A stretch of 64,000 bases of DNA, from positions 27,962,001 to 28,026,000 of the forward strand of contig NC_043015.1 of NCBI RefSeq assembly GCF_006345805.1. The letters are read 5' to 3'. The notes below the pieces were generated by a model. That model did not search any database, was not told the origin of the DNA, and saw only the letters and a list, made by a program, of their open reading frames with translations. This document shows positions 10,883-22,585 of this stretch, in pieces. The stretch's first letter is position 1. Every line of letters starts with the position of its first letter. The position numbers and the translations under genes are program-made. Source of the stretch: Octopus sinensis. Taxonomy: Eukaryota.

Positions 10883-12125
10883 GCATACAGATAGAAATAT
10901 ACCCACATATATATATATAAAGGCTCTAAACTTATGTTCTGAATAGGAGATCGATTAAAAATTTAATTTCAAATCATATTCATTAAACTCTCTCTTTCTC
11001 TCTCCTTTCAGCTTTTCGATTTTTTCATTCTCATATCTTACATACTCGGGTATTGTTCTGAAGTAATTAATATACAGAAATCCCCTTTAACTACTAATGC
11101 AGTTTTGTGTAATTATTTATCAATCAACTCTTACAACAATGCATTTTCCTAGCTTTGGGCATAATCCACACAGAGACTTCTAATTACTTTCTATTTCAAT
11201 TAAAATTCACCTTGTTTACTAAATAATTAGCTTACATGAATGATGTAAAACAAATTTATACTTTGGTTCCACTACTGTTGGGCTATAAAAGTGATACTTT
11301 GCTGCTCAAAAATGATAATATCAAAATTTGGATGTCTATAATTTGCATCAGCTCATCTTTCAAGGCCTGAAACCAAACAGAGAGCTGGGCTTCTAAGTGC
11401 TTGTTCAAACTGCTAGAAATAGCAGCTAAATTTCCTCAAGCCATCTTTAAAAAGTGAGAACATTAGTTTGATTTTAGCCTATATCAATTAAAGCTAAGGT
11501 TGGATTCTAAGGCTGTGTTAAGAAATCTGATTCCCAACCACATGGTTTAGGGTTCAAATCCCACTGCACAGTGCCACGGGCGAGTGTCTTCTGCTATAGC
11601 TCTGGGTTGAGCAAAACCTCATGGATTTATTAGGTAGACGGAAATTGAGGAAAGCCCATTGTATGTGTGTGTGTGTGTGTTTTGTGTCTACTTATCTTGA
11701 CATCAAGTGATAGTTTTAAACAAGCATCAGTGTCTCTCAAGTGATGTTGTTCATTTCCTATCTTCCATATCTGGCCACGGGGAAAATATTACTTGGCTTG
11801 GAAACAAAAAACTGAGACTTGGCATCAAAAAGGTAATCCAACCACAGAAAATTTGCCTCAATGAATTGTCTGACTGATGCAAGTATGTAAAAGTTAAAAT
11901 AATGATAAGCTTCTGCACAGTCTAAGAAAATTTAGACTAAAAAATTTAGTCTAAAAAAATTTAGACTAAAGATGAAAACCTGAAGACAAATACCTCACTC
12001 ACAAATAAAATGAATTGCATTGTCTGTCTGTTAGTTTGCACTGATGTAATAAAGAGTAAAGACCCCCCTTGGTCATGAATGACCATAGGATTGCACCTAG
12101 AGAGTTACCTTCTGAGGCACAAGTT

Positions 12126-12456
12126 GGAATTTTTGAAAAGTAAAAATTTTACATTATGTAGCTTGTTATTCTCTTTAAGCGAACATTTTTCTGGTTGAAA
12201 TACACCGAAAAATGGCAACACAGCAGTCAAAAAATAGGGATTTTCATAGAAAAAAAGGCACCTTTTTGATGTAAATAATTTTTGGTGTTAACATAGTCCG
12301 ATTTGAATTTTTTCTTCTACGGAATGAAGAGCAAGTCTTCTTTTATCATGCTCTCAATTTTGGTCAATTTGCGCTGCAGGGTCTCGGAGGAGATAGTGTT
12401 AGTTGAAGGCTACCAAACCTGCCACACACAAACAACTTCAGCTTTATATATATAGA
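12126..12456 (-). mobile_element. 5' part of a non-autonomous Helitron-like element
   Basis: The minus strand begins A|TCTATATATATAAAGCTGAAGTTG, the same style of 5' end as the complete Helitron at 52671-53066. No 3' CTAG end was seen. Confidence 0.55.
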
Positions 12457-13209
12457 TTAATTAATCAATGTCACATAGCTAACCCAGCACTTTTCCTGTT
12501 TAGGTGCCTTTTCAACTCACCTGTACATAGCCTTTCTTATCAAGTTAACATTTCGAACCTTACAGCTCATATTCATTCTGGTTTTCTCTAGCAGTAGAAG
12601 ATTTGCTGTATTCACTACTCATATTTCACTTTGAAACAAATGCACAGTTTTAACACATTCCTCAACAGAAGCTGACATTCATATAAAAAGAAAAAGTCAA
12701 TAAAACACAAGTAAATATTACTTTAATGCTCTACTTCAGCTCGTCATTATAATTTCAATAGCTCTGCTACATCCGGCACTACTTATGTCATCTAGGTAAC
12801 GGAACTTCCATTTTAAGTGAGATAGTTGAGAAGTGTACAGGCTTTAGTTTAAGTGTGGCCTAACTTGACAGTTACATTAGGCCACACTTCATCCTCAATG
12901 AAGTTGAGAAAAAATTTTTAATCAATTAAAATTATACCCGTAATTAGAAGAAAAGTCATTAATAAAGAAAATTCATCACAAATGAGACAAGGGAGAAAAC
13001 TCTGAAATTGAGATTTTAACTGACTAAAAAGCATCTTTTATAACCATCGTTACTACTAACATTATTGCCTTTAATAACTGGCCATGTCTATAACAAAATG
13101 TTCTGTGGTATTTATTCTGGTTCCTGCATTCTGGGTTCAAATCCTATTGAGACCAATTTTGTCTTGCATCTTTCTGGGGGTCAATAAATAAAATATTAGT
13201 CTAGAGTGA

Positions 13210-13430
13210 TGTGGAGGTGCATGACTTAGTGGATAGGGTGTTGGACTCATGATCGTAAGATTGTGGTTTCATTTCTTGGACCAGGCAATGTGTTGTATTC
13301 TTGAGCAATATATATTCATTTCATGTTGCACCAGTCCACTCAGATGGCTAAAATGAGTAATCCTGTGAAGGACTGATGTCCAGTCCAGAGAGGAACATAT
13401 ATGACAGAAAAACTGGGAAACCCGTCCTAT
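13210..13430 (+). mobile_element. Degenerate family-D SINE
   Basis: GTGGAGGTGCATGACTTAGTGG...GGTTTCATTTCTT head. The tail resembles 47400-47470. Confidence 0.6.
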
Positions 13431-13834
13431 TCTCCTTAACCGAGTAATGTGGACTAACCATTTTAGAGTGGTGGACTGAAATAAACATTCCCAGTGTGCG
13501 TGAATGTTTATTTCCACAGGTCTTTGCATTATACTTGCTTGAGTAACAGTGACATTATGTTAACAAATCCTGTGAACAAATTTTGTAGCTTAATGGTTTC
13601 AACATGAAAAAGACCGGTGGAATAAAAATGCCTTACCTGAGAAACAGGTGAAGGTTGTGAAAAGAGCTTTCAGTTATATATAGATTACTGCCTTAATAAC
13701 TCTTGTCTGAATCATGCCAGCATGGAATACATAAAAACAACGATGACAACAATGTCACACACTATGTTTTAATTAATAAATGTCTTTTTACATACCGCTA
13801 CTCTTCTACAGCTTAATGTAATTGTAATAGGTTA

Positions 13835-13875
13835 ACTTACCTGCAAAAACAAAAAAAAAAAGAAAGTACATTAGA
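13835..13875 (-). promoter_or_regulatory. Candidate recursive splice site (3' splice site directly abutting a 5' splice site)
   Basis: Minus strand reads CTAAT-GTACTTTCTTTTTTTTTTTGTTTTTGCAG|GTAAGT. Branch A at 13871, AG at 13842-13841, GT at 13840-13839. Confidence 0.6.
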
Positions 13876-14033
13876 CAAATAGTAAAATGGTTAAAAAGAT
13901 AAAACAAACAAAAAAAATTTAAATAGGGGGAAAAAAATCTCATGGCAATGTGGTTAAGAAATTGGCTTTATAATCTCCCAGTTTTGGGTTCAGTCCCATT
14001 GTACAGCACCTTGGGCAAGTATCTTCTATTATA

Positions 14034-14242
14034 ACAGGAAGGTTTACGAAAGTAAACAAAAGATGAAGGCAGGTGGAGTACAAACAAACAAATGTATTAG
14101 TATGGCGCTCAGGAATAGAAATAGAACAAGTCTTTTACATTTCGAGCCTACGCTCTTCGACAGAAAGATACACAGAAAAGAAACAAGGAGAGAAACAAGG
14201 AGAGAAAAAAATGCGTGTAGGGGCTAACGATTCAACATGGCG
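14034..14242 (-). mobile_element. Short Penelope-like insert with a minimal hammerhead-like motif, nested in a decayed SINE A
   Basis: TSD TTCTATTATA at 14024-14033 and 14243-14252. Hammerhead-like motif at 14131-14168. Confidence 0.7.
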
Positions 14243-14286
14243 TTCTATTATAGTCAAGTATCAACCAATGTAATAAATGTAAGGAT

Positions 14287-14508
14287 TTAACCCTTTTGTA
14301 ACCAACCCGGCTGAAACTGGCTCTGAGTATAAATGTCTTGTTTTTGTAAGTTTTGAATTAAAATTTTCCACCAAACCTTAGCCACAATTTATGTTCCTAA
14401 CACTAGCTGAATGATAACTATGTTATTTTACTAAATTCTTTGTTATATTTAAAGTAATTGAAAGAAACACAGAGCATCTCAACAGAAATATGGTAACAAA
14501 AGGGTTAA
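14287..14508. mobile_element. piggyBac-type MITE, family E
   Basis: TTAA TSD on both sides. TIRs CCCTTTTGT(A)ACC and GGTAACAAAAGGG. Confidence 0.9.
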
Positions 14509-16351
14509 CAAATAAAAAAAATTCAAGAAATGATTCCTTGAACCATAACTAATGTGTTGGTTATCTCATGACAAGTATTACTTTGTCCAGAGATAACAGC
14601 ATTTTTATTTTACTAATCTTGAGAATGGAAAGTGGAGAGATGTGCCAACTTTTGAAAGTTTTACAAAGGCAACGTTAGATATATGTTTACAATGCAAATC
14701 TTTGTGTGCTTGTGAGATTAGTTTGGATCAGCTAACTTGCTCCAGGATTGTTTTGAGATAAGAATAAGTGGTGCTGGTAGTTAAAGTCGAACATTAATGC
14801 CCTCGTATGTGTAAAATGTAAATATGTAAAATTTGGAGGCTACGAAAGAATTTCCTTAAAATCTGTCATACAAGAAAACCTATCAGTCAAATTACTGTCA
14901 TTGGCAGAATCCCATTTCCAAAGACTGGGTATTTAGATCTGCTTGCATTACATTACTGGCAATAATATCCGTAAATAGTTCTTGGAGCATTCATTTTACT
15001 CCAATAAAGTAGTACAGATAAAAAAAAAGAAAATAAGATTTTTTTTTTCCAGCTAGCCGAAGACATCGTATGTGAAAGATGTCAACAATCTAAATTAGAT
15101 GGTCTATCAAAAACAGATGACAAAATATAAAGAGATGAGATTGAAGCAAATATAAAATTAGGTTGTGAATAATATTGGCAAGAGACAAAGATAAGAAAAG
15201 CTTGTTTAAAACATAACTAGAATGAGATTAGAAATGAGAGAATAAGACAAAATTGAAATGAGACAGTGATTGCTTGAAATCATAAAACAAATTGATTATA
15301 GGGCAAAAATAAAAATGAGAATAAGTTAAAATTAACTCTGTTGGCACTAAGTGTGATTATATTAACTAGGTTTTATACACCTGAGCTCCACCTCAGAACA
15401 CATAAAAATGTAATTGTCTCACATGAAGAAGAGGCTGAAAACTACAGAACTGAAACAATAATTACGTGGAACTGACAATCTGTGAACCATCATCATCATT
15501 TAATGTTTGTGTTCAATAATGGTAATGAGTTGGATGGTTCAACACAATCCATCTAAAATTGAGGGTTGTGTTGGTCTCCATTGTATGCTTTTGCAAGGTT
15601 TCAACAGTTGGATGCCCTTCCTGATGCCAATCACCTTACAGAGTGTACTGTGTGCTTTTTACGTGCCACTGACACTTCATAGAGTCACTGAGTGCTTTTC
15701 TTGTGGCACCAGCACTGGTGGGGTCACCAGGTCAACTACAGTCAACTGACTGAGAACCATGTCTCCTTGTGTGTGACATGATTATCACTTAACTTGAAAG
15801 AAACTTTGAATAATATTGTCTGAACAGTAGGAGACTTCTGTGTTCAGATACGCATGTATATAACCTTCATGTTTGATCACAGAGAGTGCTATTTTAGATG
15901 TTTGAGTATTTTACCTAATTTTTCAACCATGAAGTTGCACCTTCAACTGTATTTGAGTCTTCCTTTTGATACATTTGACTCAATTCCCACTGATCTTTAG
16001 AAATTTCAAAAATTTTCTGTAAACTACGCTGCTGTCTTTTCTCCCTGGAAGAGAGTGGGTGTGGTGAACTTCATGGTTGAAAAATTAGGTAAAAATACTC
16101 AAACATCTAAAATAGCACTCTCTGTGATCAAAGATCTGTAAACAGTCTACTTTAGTACTGATATCCTATCTTTATTCGGATTAACTGATATATTTTTTAG
16201 TTTGATCAGATCTTATCATGGGGTTTACCAATTCCAGCTATATCAGAAATTTGGTTGTAAACAAGGAATACGGCCAGAGTTGATTAAGGTGCAGATGAAA
16301 CACAGATGACAATGAGATAAAGAGAAGACATTGCTAATATAAAATTAACTC

Positions 16352-16573
16352 TTAACCCTTTCGTTACTGTATTTCTGTTGAGATGCTCTGTGTTTCTTTC
16401 AATTACTTTAAATATAACAAAGAATTTAGTAAAATAACATAGTTATCATTCAGCTAGTGTTAGGAACATAAATTGTGGCTAAGGTTTGGTGGAAAATTTT
16501 AATTCAAAACTTACAAAAACAAGACATTTGTACTCAGAGCCAGTTTCAGCCGGGTTGGTTACAAAAGGGTTAA
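16352..16573. mobile_element. piggyBac-type MITE, family E (inverted relative to 14287)
   Basis: TTAA-CCCTTTCGTTAC...GGTTACAAAAGGG-TTAA. Shares private variants and flank with the 14287 copy. Confidence 0.9.
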
Positions 16574-16636
16574 ATCCTTACATTTATTACATTGGTTGAT
16601 ACTTGGCTATAGTAGAAGATAGTTGTTGTTTAGTCC

Positions 16637-16940
16637 TTGGTTGTCCTTGATTGAGCATAAGTATGATCAAAGACATTCCAACCATGACTATCATGATCTT
16701 TGGTATGTAAAGGACTATATTGTTCAAAGTTTTTTTTTTCCTTATTCAATACAGAAGGATATAATTTGATTGCTATTTCTAGCATGTCCTGGGTTGTCCT
16801 TGATTGAGCATAACTATGATCAAAGGCATTCCAACCATGACTGTCATGATCATTTTAGTAAATCAGAGACAATATTATTCAAAGTTTCTTTCCTTATTCA
16901 AGACAGTAGAATACAATTTAGTTGCTATTTCTAGCATGTC
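16637..16940 (+). repeat. Tandem duplication of about 150 bp from a dispersed repeat family
   Basis: GGTTGTCCTTGATTGAGCATAA...TTGCTATTTCTAGCATGTC occurs twice. Related fragments at 17990-18160, 32500-32640 and 11400-11480. Confidence 0.8.
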
Positions 16941-19011
16941 AATAAATCACTTATCCTTTGGTACCTATTTATAGCCAGATGGACTGAGCCAACGTGCGCA
17001 TAGAAACAGTTGACCTTTCAGCTGACAGTCTAGTTTGTCATCCTATCAACTTGACCAGCTATGACTCTCAAGTTACAGACATTAATACTCATTATCCAGT
17101 TAGACTTTGCCATGACTTGATAAATTTATAAAAAATACAGCAGGTGAGAAATAAAACAATATCAATTTTGAAAGAAAACATCTTAAAATCTACGCATAAA
17201 AAAGAAATCCTCAAACGTGTGTACAAGTATATGTCTGTGCATATTTCGGTTATATACATGCGTATCTGAACAGAGAAGTCTCCTACTGTTCAGAGAAAAT
17301 TAGTTCTTGTAAGCAAAAGAGTAGGATATGTTTTTTAGTTGCTTATTTTTCAAAAGTTAACAAAGCCTGTTTGACTTTAAAAAAATATGAAACAAAAAAA
17401 AAAAAAAAATCCCCCCCAAAACATAAAACTTCTAAAGAGGGACACAAACAATAGTTGATGCAGAAGAGAGTCAATTATTTATTATTATTATACAGCAGAC
17501 GTTGCAAAACAATACATTAAAAAAAAAAACAAAGAATACCCTCTCTTTCTCTAGACAAAGTGATAAATAAATAAATTTTGTTCAGATATCAAAACAAAGC
17601 CCCGATCACATACAATAACCTAATTAATATTTTGTCAAGAAATTACTTTTAAAAAGATTATCTTAAACAATGAATTAAACATACGAGGCTTTTCTGAACA
17701 GTATCAAGGAAAAACAAGAAGAAAAGAAAGAAATTTTTTCATCAATCATAGTTTGATAATGCCATAATAAATGTGTGTGTGTGTGTGTGCACATATGTGT
17801 GTGCATTTGTTTTATGTTCTCATCCAAGACATATTTTGAAATGTGTGTTGCGGCTTTAAGCTAGGACATGCATCATTCTTGTTTATAATTAATGGTTATT
17901 ACTAACAGTAATTTAATTGATTCTAAGGAATATCGAAGACCAAAGCTGAGTACCAAAACACAAACTCTAAAAAAAAAAAATAAAAAAAAGCAGCCAAATC
18001 TCCTTCAAATCATACCATACCAACTTTAAAAAAGGAAAAATGGACACATTAGATATTGTGGTCCTAGACACGCAAAAGAAAAAAATGGGGTGAGGATGTT
18101 CCCAGTTGGAATATTTCTGATAGTAGGTTTGCTTGACCAGGGTTGACTCAGGGCTCAATGATAATACTGGCTTCGCTTACACATTTTACATTAGCTTTTC
18201 TATGCTGGCACAAGGTGGACAGTTACTTATCAGAGATAGTATTTTTATGGCTTGAAGCTCTTCTTGTCACCAACCCTTGCTTGTTTTATATGTAGAGGAC
18301 TTTATATCCTACTAACCTAAGAGTGCAGAGCTGTCTTCACATTTCTGGGGAACACCGTGTTCACCAGAAATGTAACCACAGTGACAACATTTATTTTTTC
18401 ATTCCTCAGATCTCGTGCAAGAAGCAAAAGTGATAACTTTCACACACCAAATACACAAACTTACACACATCATCATTATGACCAATGTTTTACATTTGCT
18501 TTTAAACTGGCCTGAGTTGGACAATTGTCACTGTGCTTTTAGATGAGCTGGATGGTACCTCTCATGTCAATCACTTGACAGAGGGTACCAGGTATATTCA
18601 CCATGGCATGGAAACATTACAGAGGTTGTCATGTCTGTGACAAGACTAAAAGGACTTCTCAACTCCGCATTCAATAGAATGCATTTGGTGTTAGTGAGTT
18701 TAACAGGCTTTCAAGCAGTTTTCGTCACCCAATTTCAATCACATGGGTCAACCTGAAGCAAGAGCAGAAGATAACTAACCCAAAGTACTAAGCAGTGGGA
18801 ATGAATATAAGAATATGTAATTGTGAGGTGAACTTCTAAACTGCATGGCCATGTCTGACTATGTTTAAAAATTTATAGCTTCAAAACAGGTAGCAACCAG
18901 GGCAATTAGTAACAGAACATGAAAAATCTAAATTTAAAACAAAGACGAAAAATAATGTGGGGGTGTAAATTTTCTAAAAAGATGTTTATCTCAGCATAGC
19001 CACAGCCATAT

Positions 19012-19408
19012 ACTCCTTTTACTCTTTTACTTGTTTCAGTCATTTGACTGCGGCCATGCTGGAGCACCGCCTTTAATCGAGCAACTTGACCCTGGGACTT
19101 ATTCTTTTGTAAGCCTAGTACTTATTCTATCGGTCTCTTTTGCCAAACTGCTAAGTAACGGAGACATAAACACACCAGCATCGGTTGTCAAGCAATGCTA
19201 GGGGGGCAAACACACACACACACACATATATACATACATATATATGACGGGCTTCTTTCAGTTTCCGTCTGCCAAATCCACTCACAAGGAATTGGCCGGC
19301 CCGGGGCTATAGCAGAAGACACTTGCCCAAGGTGCCACGCAGTGGGACTGAACCCAGAACCATGTGGTTGGTAAACAAGCTACTTACCACACAGCGATTC
19401 CTGCGCCT
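19012..19408 (-). mobile_element. SINE family A
   Basis: Full head, microsatellite and tail match the family consensus. Confidence 0.92.
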
Positions 19409-19822
19409 ATGATTGAAACTTATAAAAAAAGTGGATAAATTAGCCCCAGTTCACAGACTCATCATATAAGATGTATAAAACTGATGTAACTTTACAGACC
19501 CATAAGTTTTCTCAATAGCAAGAACAACAAATTAACATACAGATCTAGAAAACAAATAGATAATACTGGTGAGAAGATGGAACAAAAACCATGGTTAAGA
19601 GAAACCATTCTTCTTTTATCTGCCTGTTTTTATCATTGTGGGTGGAAATCAAAACCAAAAGAAAAAGAAAAAAAAACACCCTCACCCTGCCAAATGGTAT
19701 CTTTATTGATTATTTCTCAACACTCAGAAGTCTACAAATTAAATATAATGATAATAATCTATAATTATTATAATATGTCTAGTAAATAACAGTATGCTAG
19801 ATGAGTTATTAAGGGTTTACTT

Positions 19823-20212
19823 GCAGGAGTGGCTGTGTGGTAAGTAGCTTGCTTACCAACCACATGGTTCCGGGTTCAGTCCCACTGCGTGGCATCTTGG
19901 GCAAGTGTCTTCTACTATAGCCTCAGGCCGACCAAAGCCTTGTGAGTGGATTTGGTAGACGGAAACTGAAAGAAGCCCGTCGTATATATGTATGTATATA
20001 TGTGTGTGTGTGTGTGTTTGTCCCCCTAGCATTGCTTGAAAACCAATGCTGGTGTGTTTACGTCCCCGTCACTTAGCGGTTCGGCAAAAGAGACCGATAG
20101 AATAAGTACTGGGCTTACAAAGAATAAGTCTTGGGGTCGATTTGCTCGACTAAAGGCGGTGCTCCAGCATGGCCGCAGTCAAATGACTGAAACAAGTAAA
20201 AGAGTAAAAGAG
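19823..20212 (+). mobile_element. SINE family A
   Basis: GCAGGAGTGGCTGTGTGGTAAG...CAAGTAAAAGAGTAAAAGAG. Confidence 0.92.
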
Positions 20213-20791
20213 ATGGCTTAGTTAGGTGGGTAAAGTAATGCGAAATAATTTATATTGATCAAGTGTTTGCAGAAATTATTCCGACAGTCGGAGATATCCA
20301 GAAAGGTTTTGATCATATATTATGGAAAGCATCAAATTATTGGATGCTAGAGCACAGAGCTTCCAAGCAATATATCATCTAACACAAAACGGAAATTCTT
20401 CAGGAAGTAATTTCAGTATATTATATTGAACCCTGCAGTTTGGTAAGTTGGTGGAAAGCCAAATACTAAATACATTTCTTTTATGAGTGAGGAATAATAT
20501 TGGTCATGACATGATGTGGTGCTGGAGAGAAAAATCATATTTATCATAATGGTTAAGTAGAATAAACATTAGTTTAGGAACTAAAGTGAAATAAGAGGGA
20601 TCAAACTCGGTGGAGACAGTTTATTTCATTATCAGCTGAAACAACACAAAATGCACCTTGCTGTAAGCCATCAGCTAAGTTAAAACCTATTACAAGGTTT
20701 TCTAAATGCTTAGTAGATCCTATAATCAGATAAAATACAACAGAAAAAAATTTACAAATAATAAACACTTTGATATATGTGAATGTATGTG

Positions 20792-21168
20792 ATCATCATC
20801 ATCATCGTTTAACGTCCGCTTTCCATGCTAGCATGGGTTGGACGGTTCAACTGGGGTCTGGGAAGCCAGAAGGCTGCACCAGGCTCCAGTCTGATCTGGC
20901 AGTGTTACTACAGCTGGATGCCCTTCCTAACGCCAACCACTCCATGAGTGTAGTGGGTGCTTTTTATGTGCCACCAACACAGGTGCCAGACGAGGCTGGC
21001 GAATGGCCACGCTCGGATGGTGTTTTTTATGTGCTACCGACACAGGTGCCAGACGAGGCTGGTGAACGGCCACTATCAGATGGTGTTTGTTACGTGCCCA
21101 CAGCACGGAGGCCAGTCAATGCGTTACTGGCTACGGCCACGTTCGGATGGTTTTCTTATGTGCCACCG
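20792..21168 (-). mobile_element. RTE 3' UTR fragment (family B)
   Basis: (ATC)n on the plus strand followed by the LINE 3' UTR, with repeated modules of about 60 bp. Confidence 0.9.
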
Positions 21169-22496
21169 TGTATTTATATATCATCATCATCATTTTAATG
21201 TCCACTTTTCCATGCTTGCATGGATTGGACAGAGTTTGCAGAGGCAGATTTTCTAAGGTTGGATGCCCCCTTCTTGTTACCAACCCTCACCTATTTCCAA
21301 GCAAGGTAATATTTCCAAATTTTTCCAGTTTTTCTAAGTTTTTCCCAGTTTTCACACTGGAAATTAATCATGTGAAACCAAGATAAGGAAACACACACAC
21401 AAGCTTCTTTTAGCTTTTGCCTACTAAACCTACTCACAACGCTTTGGTTGGCCCAAGGATTTAATAGAAGACACTTGTCCAAGATACCATACAATAGGAT
21501 TGAACCAATGACCATGTAGTCAGGAAGCAAACCTCTTAACCACACAGCTGTGCTTTCATGTAAATCCCTAGCCATCACTTTCTAGCAAAAATGACTTGTT
21601 AGCATGTACCATGGTTTTAGTATTTACTTTAAATAGCTATGTAGCTGTTATGAGAGACAGACATCCTCTTGGCTCTCCAACCCTTGACTTGAAACATCAA
21701 TGAAGTGACACGACAAGTGAAGGGAGAAAGGGTTGCACCAGTACTTGGCTGGTGCTCATTTCCAGCTGAGTAGACTGGAGTAACAGAAATGAAGTAATTA
21801 TTGGCATATTCCAAAATGGATGATGACAATTTGAACTTCAAACCACAAAGGCTAAACATAAACCGAATTCATTTGTTTCATTCAGTTTACCACTGCTTTT
21901 CAATGTTTGTACAGGTTGGACAGAACTTATTTGAGACACTATTTTCATGAGAGGATGCTGTTCCTGTTTTCTAAACAAGTGGTATTTTTTTTATCCCCAA
22001 GATCTTTGAAAGCATAGAAGAACCAGTCGTAATGTCAACATTTATGTCCATTCACATCTGTGCGCACACACACACAAGTATTTCCTGCTGTTTCCTTCTA
22101 CTAAGTTCACTCATAAGGCATTGTCTGAGCTGGGTCTATTTTAGAACACACCAAAGGTGCTGCATAGTGAAACTGCATTTGAAATCCCGAGGTTGTTATG
22201 AGAACATTTTAACCACACAACCATGCACGAACTGTAAATTTGAACTGCATGCATTTTTCTTCTTAATTTCTTTTCCTTCTCATTCCAGTCTCTCATGCAT
22301 TTTCCTCTGGTGTCTGATGAAGGAGGACGTTTGAAAAGTTATAACTTTTACCCTATAACTTTTATTCTTTCCTTCCATTAACCCAATAGCATTAACTGTG
22401 AGTGTCTCTTGTACTTACGTCTTTGCTATTTGTATTTGCTTTGCTATATATCGGTTCCTCCTATTCAGTTTTAGGCAACAAAGAGTAATCAGGTAA

Positions 22497-22585
22497 TTTG
22501 CATGAACACCCTCCCTGTACATAACTCCATGTCCCCCTACATGGCCTTGCTTTTTGCTTTTTGAGACAAAAAAATTAACTTAACT
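22497..22585 (+). mobile_element. 3' tail of an unidentified non-LTR element with a (TTAAC)n end
   Basis: CATAACTCCATGTCCCCCTACATGGCCTTGC...AAAAATTAACTTAAC recurs at 55606-55699 and 59360-59401. Confidence 0.6.

Noticed and set aside
12851-12889. 13-bp perfect inverted repeat AAGTGTGGCCTAA / TTAGGCCACACTT as a terminator or miRNA
   Set aside because: Too short for a pre-miRNA, and intrinsic terminators are not relevant here. Possibly a collapsed TE remnant, but unsupported.
20260-20700. Possible ancient RT remnant (DIQKGFDHILW)
   Set aside because: Only one loose motif. I could not follow further RT motifs with confidence.
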